Positions 1-10,027 of a stretch of 64,000 nt of DNA are shown in pieces. The stretch's first letter is position 1. The number at the start of each line of letters is the position of its first letter. Below the pieces are notes generated by a model that was not told the DNA's origin, made no database searches, and saw only the letters and a list, made by a program, of their open reading frames with translations. Source of the DNA: Paraphysomonas bandaiensis. Its lineage: Eukaryota > Protista > Chrysophyceae. Location: positions 186,001 to 250,000 of the forward strand of contig CBFFRP010000141.1 in NCBI GenBank assembly GCA_965644295.1, given 5' to 3'. Both the position numbers and the translations under genes were made by a program.

Positions 1-476
1 CCGTTTGTTATACCATGTACAGTATTGGGTTGGAGATAAGTGGGAACACGACCGGGACAGCAGTTGGAAACATAGTAGCACCCATCGCAATCACCGATGA
101 TGAGATTGTAGCCACTGTATCCCACCCCGTGTATACATTCCGTCGCAAACATTTTTGCGGATATGTGTTCAGGGGATTCAATGAACAGTTTCGGCAAGAG
201 TCCTCTAGAACGCTTTTGCAGTCCAGACGTTGCGCTCCCATTGACTGGAGCGCTGTATCTCCACTCATGAAAGTTTAGAATGACTGCGAAGCGCCCATTA
301 CTCTTGCTGGAGAACGCTATCCAAGTCCCTCCTGCCTCCATGTCAACAGGGCTATAGCACGCGGCGGCAGAGTCATAGACCCCTCTTGAGGTCTCCCTAT
401 CGAAAAACTCATCTCTGTTATTGCACAGAATGAAACGTCCATCGGGGCCTCCATACGCAAAAACTAGAAGACACAT
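1..476 (-). CDS. TANGO2: TANGO2/NRDE-family protein, 5' part (runs off the window start; not in ORF track)
   Basis: Manual translation from ATG at 476: MCLLVFAYGGPDGRFILCNNRDEFFDRET...AGGTWIA...GRFAVILNF...RSRGLLP...GYNLIIGD...YYVSN...HGITNG. The MC start and the NRDE, GGTW, SRG and YNL motifs define the family. Confidence 0.9.
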   Translation of the reverse strand, partial: MCLLVFAYGGPDGRFILCNNRDEFFDRETSRGVYDSAAACYSPVDMEAGGTWIAFSSKSNGRFAVILNFHEWRYSAPVNGSATSGLQKRSRGLLPKLFIESPEHISAKMFATECIHGVGYSGYNLIIGDCDGCYYVSNCCPGRVPTYLQPNTVHGITN

Positions 477-825
477 AATAGGCTTCTCCTCCTGTCTCCT
501 ATCTCTCAGTCCTGTGCTGTCTCCTATAGCTACATGGTGTGATCTTACTGTGAGGATCATGATCACACAAGTGGAATACTGGAATACTGTCCTATCCTCT
601 GTATGCATGCGTATGTGTGTATTCGGTCGACGTATGTATTACTGTATATCAGTATACAGATAGAGGCAATGCGGAATGTGGCTGCATATGGTGTCATGCT
701 TTTGAAGTTTGAATTCTGTGGAAAGACAGGCAGCATCACATATCAGATCGAAGACGAAGAGCAGGTGACCCTTTAAGGTGCACTTCTCCCCATACCCATC
801 CATCTCTGCTGGTATACCATATACC

Positions 826-1087
826 ACTAATACAGACAGCACTGATACAGACAGCACTGATACAGACAGCACTGATACAGACAGCACTGATACAGACAGC
901 ACTGATACAGACAGCACTGATACAGACAGCACTGATACAGACAGCACTGATACAGACAGCACTGATACAGACAGCACTGATACAGACAGCACTGATACAG
1001 ACAGCACTGATACAGACAGCACTGATACAGACAGCACTGATACAGACAGCACTGATACAGACAGCACTGATACAGACAGCACTGATA
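826..1087. repeat. 15-bp minisatellite (ACTGATACAGACAGC) x ~17.5
   Basis: Directly visible near-perfect tandem array between divergent TANGO2 and CCDC77-like genes. Confidence 0.98.
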
Positions 1088-1165
1088 TCACGCTACTGAT
1101 ATTACTCACCCCATCGAGTGTGCTCACTCCTGTCATCCCACTCTCTGTGACTATCAGTGTTTGAT

Positions 1166-2355
1166 ATGGATGCGTTGACTTATTTCAATCAACTTGTCGA
1201 TAACTTCAAAAGAGAGCGTGAGCTGCAGCGCTCCTACTCAAAGATGGTATCTCCTGACCACAGTGCTATCCACTCCCTTCGATGGAGTGAGAGAGACAGA
1301 GCTGAAGAAGAGGAGGCAATGAGAGGAGATATGTTGAGATTAGAGGAACAGATTCAACAACTGCGGCATGATTATCAGATCAAACAACAGGAGATCACTA
1401 ATGCTAAAGTATCACAGTCTATGCGCCGGTCTCAGATAGCTCGATTAAATGGTCTCTCGCAGCCGATAGAGCTCGATCACACTTATTTCTTCGTGGACAG
1501 GTACCCCTCATCCAACTCCCAGTTATCTGCTAGTAGTCTTGAGAAAACTCATCCCACTCTATCCTCCACTAAGATGGGTCATATGCGTACTGGAGAAGCA
1601 GCTATGCTCGAAGGTCGTCTGGCAGACGTATCTAAACTTGCTGAGGGCCATTTGCATGCGTTTTCATCGAAGATTTCGTCTGTTAGTACTTCATCGGAGA
1701 CTGTGTTGTCGTCTGTGGAAGGTACGAATTTGAAACGTGAAGCGGAGTTGCTTGTTAAGGACTTAGACAATTCGGAACAGAAGTTGTATGCGACTATTTT
1801 TGAGATACTAAATCTTCGTCTCAGAATGATAATAGCACAGAGACAAGAGGTGGAGGAACGAGAAGCCTTGGCTGCTGAGAAAATAAAATATGAGAGGGAA
1901 GAAGTGGCAATTCGTAAAAAATTAGATAAAGATATGACAAGGATAAAATCTCAATTCGAGACAGACTTATTAGCCCGAATGAAACAGTATGAACGCCAGG
2001 TAGCAATGTCTGCGAGTAAGCTGGAGAGCTTGGAAAAGAATAATCCTGAAGAGGTAGTCACAATGAAAGAGGGTGCTCTTCGGAAAAAAGTCGAAAGAGC
2101 GAAATCAAGGTATAAATTAGACTTTTTTCTACTTTTTTTCTTTCTGCCATCACTGTATGTGTCAAATATATTTATGATAGCTATGAAGCTGCAGACTTGT
2201 ACATGCACCTTTTAAAGTGACGAAACTGTTTTTTGTTTAGATATGAGCAACTGAGACGGCGTCATGCTCTTGAAATCGAGGGCTATGGAAATGAAGCACA
2301 GGCTCTCCGCAAGCACCTTCAGCATGTCACCAGACTAATAAAGAACAGTAGATAG
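1166..2355 (+). CDS. CCDC77-like coiled-coil protein (2 exons; intron 2110-2240)
   Basis: ATG 1166. A GT..AG intron joins ...ERAKSR to YEQLRRRHALEIEGYGNEAQALRKHL. This resembles the CCDC77 C-terminal YExLxRRRxLExEG(F/Y) motif; the N-terminal coiled coil ending in TYFF also fits. Confidence 0.7.
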
Positions 2356-3936
2356 TTTTAGTGTCAACGTATATATTACTTGTCGTGTCCGATGTCTTAG
2401 TGGTTTATTGAAAATTAATAGTAGTTGTGGGAAGTGGAACTCTTGAACTTGCTTATATACGAATCAAAGAAACAAACTTGCCATACAAAGTATCATCTCT
2501 CCAGTTATCATACGTTTGCAGTCTATCAGATACGGCTATACTTTTATAATCAATAACTGCATCTACTCCCAGTGTACAATATGTATATATGTAAGAACAA
2601 AACTGTGACCTATCGTGTTCTCTCTGTCAACTGTCAACAACTTAATGGTTTTTTCTTAGCGCCCACAATAAATCAATATTTTGCAATATATTTACTATTA
2701 GTCTTTTAAATTCCATATTGGATGAGTTCACCTTCTTATAAGAAGGACTCAGAAAACCTGAAATTAGAAAATATTTCAGGTATATCAACATTTTTGCTTC
2801 CTCGCTGTGTTTGCTTTGAGTGCTTGATACTGAGGATAGTTGCACTTTCTTGGTGCTTGCGGCGACGCAAAAATAGATGTAGCGTTAAATAAAAGATTAT
2901 AATAATATATTAGCATTATCTTGGTATAAATGAAGTAATTCAATTTAGTAGCTTCTTCTTGTTTCAATATAATATATAGACATTAAATATGTCCCCCCGA
3001 CATGTACCGCTTCGGAAGTGCTTGTGAATTGCTGTGTGAGCACCATGGTGCAGGTCTAGCCGGTAGCGCTCTTCTAGGGGTTGTATAGAGTATAGAGTAA
3101 CGTGGAGTAGAGTGATGAGTATATGTTTTGTTTTGGTGCTAATGACAACACATTAAAAGAAATTCAAGTCGTCTCGTCATACTGCAACTTTTACCAATTC
3201 ACTTTATATTATATAAGCACACAGCCAATCATGTGAGGTACAGGCCTGTCAATAAAAAAATTACTAAAATTAACATGCAAATATTTGGGATTACGATTCT
3301 TCTTATTGTCTCCCGAAATAAATTTAACAATAAAATTTATATCCAACTATTAGTCACAGCAGTGAAATCTATGTCCAAGACTTCATCTTCGACCTGCACG
3401 CTATAGTACCACAGTAAAGTAGCACCACCTAAACAACTTCCGACCATGTTGCAAAATCAGCAAAAGGTAGCGTCTTTGCTGCACGCCAATAAAGCGTTGC
3501 CGGAAAATTGTATAATCAGTCTCACAGTTTTAGAAAATTACATTGCATGTTCGTAGGTTTAAAAATTTAACAAGCTACATATAGTTTGTATCTAATATAA
3601 ACACAATCTAATTGATGACATTAAAGTATTTCAATTAATTGAAGCAGATTGTAGTCAATTTTAATTGCAATTATTATCTTGTATCTCAATTTCAATTATT
3701 TCTATTTCAATAATAGCTACTTGCTACGCCGCCCTGATCAGTTTTAATATGAATATTCTACTTGCTATATCCGGAGTATTGAGAAGACCAATATTTAATA
3801 AAGTATTATAAGATTGTTCAAAAATAATCGTTTATTATTTCGAAACACACAAAGATACACAACGCACTTTAGAAGGTAATACACAAAGAAAGGTAAAAAA
3901 GGTAATTATCAGACTCTTTGCCATGTACAAAAGGAC

Positions 3937-4685
3937 CAGGGATAGGAAACAATATATTGCAATACTATTGTTAGATAGCGTTCCATCAATAGTAGTATTG
4001 ATGGATTTTTTTACACCGGTCCTCTACAATACAATTACAATATATTGCAATATATTAGTATGACTAATCAGTAGGTAAACACATCCGTAGATTTCATTTT
4101 TAGTATTAGTCATTAAGATCACATGACGACCAAACCAACTGCTGCTTATTGCTACTAAAAATCCACCTCGTCCTCATCCTTTGAGCCATCATCGGTGACG
4201 TCAACATCACCATACTCATCCACAGAATTAATTGAAATAAGCTAGTATCCGACCATAACTATCGAATAGCTTTCAGAAACAACAGCATATTAAGTAGGAT
4301 GGATACTTTTGCGCAACACTGATATAATATGTTTAGCTGTGCTGAACAGACGTTCCCATGTATTGGAAGTACATACCAGGGATCTGTACGTTTCTTAATT
4401 TTTTGAGCTGACTGAAGATTTTTAGTCGCATAGTCAACATCAGCTTCATTATCCTCTGTAATGTTGTAATCAATTTCTCGGATATATATATCCATTTTGC
4501 ACCCTACAGTTGAGAATCTTCTCTTATATGACTATCATAATATTGATTGCAATATATTGCAATAGTATTGTGAGCTCTTTTAACAGAAACACTATTGATG
4601 GAGTATTTGACCAGTCCACCAATCAATATATTTTACAATATATTGTACAATGTATTGCAATACAATATATTGTTCCCTATCCCTG
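3937..4685. mobile_element. Non-autonomous hAT element, family A (749 bp)
   Basis: TIRs CAGGGATAGG(A/G)AACAATATATTG; 8-bp TSD AAAAGGAC/GAAAGGAC; internal minus-strand remnant of a transposase C-terminus (..NMLLFLKAIR). Confidence 0.88.
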
Positions 4686-4924
4686 GAAAGGACTAATGTT
4701 AAGGACAATGCTACTACCTACTAACCGTGGACTCTTTGAATGAATTTCCATATTGTAGTGCTCTGACTATTGAAATGGTATACGCTTAAAAATACCAAAC
4801 AAAAGAGAAATTTTATGTAATATGTTACTGGTATCAAACAGTACTGATGACATTTCCAATACGTATCAATACTCCAGAAGCGATAACGTACACGATAACT
4901 CAAATATCAAATGTACAGGGTAGA

Positions 4925-5341
4925 TTACTTCCTTTTACGCAAGTTCCTCCGAGTGGATTGAGTTGAACTGTCTTCAATAGTCGCAGCGACAGAAGCTTTC
5001 GATGTTTTTCCCCTTTTACTTGTCCGGGTGGATTTAGCTTTCTTCGAGGTGCATGCATCGCAAAACCAATCTCCCTCAGGAATTTCCTCTAATCCAACGT
5101 CCTCAACCAGATACTCACCATCACACCTGTGAAATATACTGTTATTGCAACAACATAGATACTAGACTACTTTACACAGTGAGCTCACCCATCGCATAAA
5201 ATCGCTAAAGCGGTTTCATCATCAGAATCCTCTTCAACGGAATTAGGAACCTCCACCTTTCTTCGTGTACTTCTTTTGGTGGGGTTGGTAGATGCAGATC
5301 GCTTCCGGCTATTCGGCTTACATTGAGACACAGACTCCACA
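4925..5341 (-). pseudogene. Duplicated 3' end of the Ki-67-like gene (partial exon 5, intron, last exon), copy 1
   Basis: Matches 10028-10444, including splice sites and stop codon. Confidence 0.85.
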
Positions 5342-6487
5342 TTTTTGCTTCCTCGCTGTGTTTGCTTTGAGTGCTTGATACTGAGGATAGTTGCACTTTC
5401 TTGGTGCTTGCGGCGACGCAAAAATAGATGTAGCGTTAAATAAAAGATTATAATAATATATTAGCATTATCTTGGTATAAATGAAGTAATTCAATTTAGT
5501 AGCTTCTTCTTGTTTCAATATAATATATAGACATTAAATATGTCCCCCCGACATGTACCGCTTCGGAAGTGCTTGTGAATTGCTGTGTGAGCACCATGGT
5601 GCAGGTCTAGCCGGTAGCGCTCTTCTAGGGGTTGTATAGAGTATAGAGTAACGTGGAGTAGAGTGATGAGTATATGTTTTGTTTTGGTGCTAATGACAAC
5701 ACATTAAAAGAAATTCAAGTCGTCTCGTCATACTGCAACTTTTACCAATTCACTTTATATTATATAAGCACACAGCCAATCATGTGAGGTACAGGCCTGT
5801 CAATAAAAAAATTACTAAAATTAACATGCAAATATTTGGGATTACGATTCTTCTTATTGTCTCCCGAAATAAATTTAACAATGAAATTTATATCCAACTA
5901 TTAGTCACAGCAGTGAAATCTATGTCCAAGACTTCATCTTCGACCTGCACGCTATAGTACCACAGTAAAGTAGCACCACCTAAACAACTTCCGACCATGT
6001 TGCAAAATCAGCAAAAGGTAGCGTCTTTGCTGCACGCCAATAAAGCGTTGCCGGAAAATTGTATAATCAGTCTCACAGTTTTAGAAAATTACATTGCATG
6101 TTCGTAGGTTTAAAAATTTAACAAGCTACATATAGTTTGTATCTAATATAAACACAATCTAATTGATGACATTAAAGTATTCCAATTAATTGAAGCAGAT
6201 TGTAGTCAATTTTAATTGCAATTATTATCTTGTATCTCAATTTCAATTATTTCTATTTCAATAATAGCTACTTGCTACGCCGCCCTGATCAGTTTTAATA
6301 TGAATATTCTACTTGCTATATCCGGAGTATTGAGAAGACCAATATTTAATAAAGTATTATAAGATTGTTCAAAAATAATCGTTTATTATTTCGAAACACA
6401 CAAAGATACACAACGCACTTTAGAAGGTAATACACAAAGAAAGGTAAAAAAGGTAATTATCAGACTCTTTGCCATGTACAAAAGGAC

Positions 6488-7236
6488 CAGGGATAGGAAA
6501 CAATATATTGCAATACTATTGTTAGATAGCGTTCCATCAATAGTAGTATTGATGGATTTTTTTACACCGGTCCTCTACAATACAATTACAATATATTGCA
6601 ATATATTAGTATGACTAATCAGTAGGTAAACACATCCGTAGATTTCATTTTTAGTATTAGTCATTAAGATCACATGACGACCAAACCAACTGCTGCTTAT
6701 TGCTACTAAAAATCCACCTCGTCCTCATCCTTTGAGCCATCATCGGTGACGTCAACATCACCATACTCATCCACAGAATTAATTGAAATAAGCTAGTATC
6801 CGACCATAACTATCGAATAGCTTTCAGAAACAACAGCATATTAAGTAGGATGGATACTTTTGCGCAACACTGATATAATATGTTTAGCTGTGCTGAACAG
6901 ACGTTCCCATGTATTGGAAGTACATACCAGGGATCTGTACGTTTCTTAATTTTTTGAGCTGACTGAAGATTTTTAGTCGCATAGTCAACATCAGCTTCAT
7001 TATCCTCTGTAATGTTGTAATCAATTTCTCGGATATATATATCCATTTTGCACCCTACAGTTGAGAATCTTCTCTTATATGACTATCATAATATTGATTG
7101 CAATATATTGCAATAGTATTGTGAGCTCTTTTAACAGAAACACTATTGATGGAGTATTTGACCAGTCCACCAATCAATATATTTTACAATATATTGTACA
7201 ATGTATTGCAATACAATATATTGTTCCCTATCCCTG
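6488..7236. mobile_element. hAT family A element (triplication copy 2)
   Basis: Same TIRs and TSD as 3937-4685. Confidence 0.88.
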
Positions 7237-7475
7237 GAAAGGACTAATGTTAAGGACAATGCTACTACCTACTAACCGTGGACTCTTTGAATGAATTTCC
7301 ATATTGTAGTGCTCTGACTATTGAAATGGTATACGCTTAAAAATACCAAACAAAAGAGAAATTTTATGTAATATGTTACTGGTATCAAACAGTACTGATG
7401 ACATTTCCAATACGTATCAATACTCCAGAAGCGATAACGTACACGATAACTCAAATATCAAATGTACAGGGTAGA

Positions 7476-7892
7476 TTACTTCCTTTTACGCAAGTTCCTC
7501 CGAGTGGATTGAGTTGAACTGTCTTCAATAGTCGCAGCGACAGAAGCTTTCGATGTTTTTCCCCTTTTACTTGTCCGGGTGGATTTAGCTTTCTTCGAGG
7601 TGCATGCATCGCAAAACCAATCTCCCTCAGGAATTTCCTCTAATCCAACGTCCTCAACCAGATACTCACCATCACACCTGTGAAATATACTGTTATTGCA
7701 ACAACATAGATACTAGACTACTTTACACAGTGAGCTCACCCATCGCATAAAATCGCTAAAGCGGTTTCATCATCAGAATCCTCTTCAACGGAATTAGGAA
7801 CCTCCACCTTTCTTCGTGTACTTCTTTTGGTGGGGTTGGTAGATGCAGATCGCTTCCGGCTATTCGGCTTACATTGAGACACAGACTCCACA
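7476..7892 (-). pseudogene. Duplicated 3' end of the Ki-67-like gene, copy 2
   Basis: Matches 10028-10444. Confidence 0.85.
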
Positions 7893-9038
7893 TTTTTGCT
7901 TCCTCGCTGTGTTTGCTTTGAGTGCTTGATACTGAGGATAGTTGCACTTTCTTGGTGCTTGCGGCGACGCAAAAATAGATGTAGCGTTAAATAAAAGATT
8001 ATAATAATATATTAGCATTATCTTGGTATAAATGAAGTAATTCAATTTAGTAGCTTCTTCTTGTTTCAATATAATATATAGACATTAAATATGTCCCCCC
8101 GACATGTACCGCTTCGGAAGTGCTTGTGAATTGCTGTGTGAGCACCATGGTGCAGGTCTAGCCGGTAGCGCTCTTCTAGGGGTTGTATAGAGTATAGAGT
8201 AACGTGGAGTAGAGTGATGAGTATATGTTTTGTTTTGGTGCTAATGACAACACATTAAAAGAAATTCAAGTCGTCTCGTCATACTGCAACTTTTACCAAT
8301 TCACTTTATATTATATAAGCACACAGCCAATCATGTGAGGTACAGGCCTGTCAATAAAAAAATTACTAAAATTAACATGCAAATATTTGGGATTACGATT
8401 CTTCTTATTGTCTCCCGAAATAAATTTAACAATGAAATTTATATCCAACTATTAGTCACAGCAGTGAAATCTATGTCCAAGACTTCATCTTCGACCTGCA
8501 CGCTATAGTACCACAGTAAAGTAGCACCACCTAAACAACTTCCGACCATGTTGCAAAATCAGCAAAAGGTAGCGTCTTTGCTGCACGCCAATAAAGCGTT
8601 GCCGGAAAATTGTATAATCAGTCTCACAGTTTTAGAAAATTACATTGCATGTTCGTAGGTTTAAAAATTTAACAAGCTACATATAGTTTGTATCTAATAT
8701 AAACACAATCTAATTGATGACATTAAAGTATTCCAATTAATTGAAGCAGATTGTAGTCAATTTTAATTGCAATTATTATCTTGTATCTCAATTTCAATTA
8801 TTTCTATTTCAATAATAGCTACTTGCTACGCCGCCCTGATCAGTTTTAATATGAATATTCTACTTGCTATATCCGGAGTATTGAGAAGACCAATATTTAA
8901 TAAAGTATTATAAGATTGTTCAAAAATAATCGTTTATTATTTCGAAACACACAAAGATACACAACGCACTTTAGAAGGTAATACACAAAGAAAGGTAAAA
9001 AAGGTAATTATCAGACTCTTTGCCATGTACAAAAGGAC

Positions 9039-9788
9039 CAGGGATAGGAAACAATATATTGCAATACTATTGTTAGATAGCGTTCCATCAATAGTAGTAT
9101 TGATGGATTTTTTTTACACCGGTCCTCTACAATACAATTACAATATATTGCAATATATTAGTATGACTAATCAGTAGGTAAACACATCCGTAGATTTCAT
9201 TTTTAGTATTAGTCATTAAGATCACATGACGACCAAACCAACTGCTGCTTATTGCTACTAAAAATCCACCTCGTCCTCATCCTTTGAGCCATCATCGGTG
9301 ACGTCAACATCACCATACTCATCCACAGAATTAATTGAAATAAGCTAGTATCCGACCATAACTATCGAATAGCTTTCAGAAACAACAGCATATTAAGTAG
9401 GATGGATACTTTTGCGCAACACTGATATAATATGTTTAGCTGTGCTGAACAGACGTTCCCATGTATTGGAAGTACATACCAGGGATCTGTACGTTTCTTA
9501 ATTTTTTGAGCTGACTGAAGATTTTTAGTCGCATAGTCAACATCAGCTTCATTATCCTCTGTAATGTTGTAATCAATTTCTCGGATATATATATCCATTT
9601 TGCACCCTACAGTTGAGAATCTTCTCTTATATGACTATCATAATATTGATTGCAATATATTGCAATAGTATTGTGAGCTCTTTTAACAGAAACACTATTG
9701 ATGGAGTATTTGACCAGTCCACCAATCAATATATTTTACAATATATTGTACAATGTATTGCAATACAATATATTGTTCCCTATCCCTG
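9039..9788. mobile_element. hAT family A element (triplication copy 3)
   Basis: Same TIRs and TSD; one extra T in a T-run. Confidence 0.88.
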
Positions 9789-10027
9789 GAAAGGACTAAT
9801 GTTAAGGACAATGCTACTACCTACTAACCGTGGACTCTTTGAATGAATTTCCATATTGTAGTGCTCTGACTATTGAAATGGTATACGCTTAAAAATACCA
9901 AACAAAAGAGAAATTTTATGTAATATGTTACTGGTATCAAACAGTACTGATGACATTTCCAATACGTATCAATACTCCAGAAGCGATAACGTACACGATA
10001 ACTCAAATATCAAATGTACAGGGTAGA

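Noticed and set aside
826-1087. CRISPR-like array
   Set aside because: Repeats are contiguous with no spacers, no cas genes are present, and the context is eukaryotic. The same applies to the 162-bp and 189-bp arrays.
639-1164. ORFs encoding (SVSVL)n and (TDTDS)n
   Set aside because: By-products of a stop-free 15-bp repeat in a promoter region; no coding evidence.
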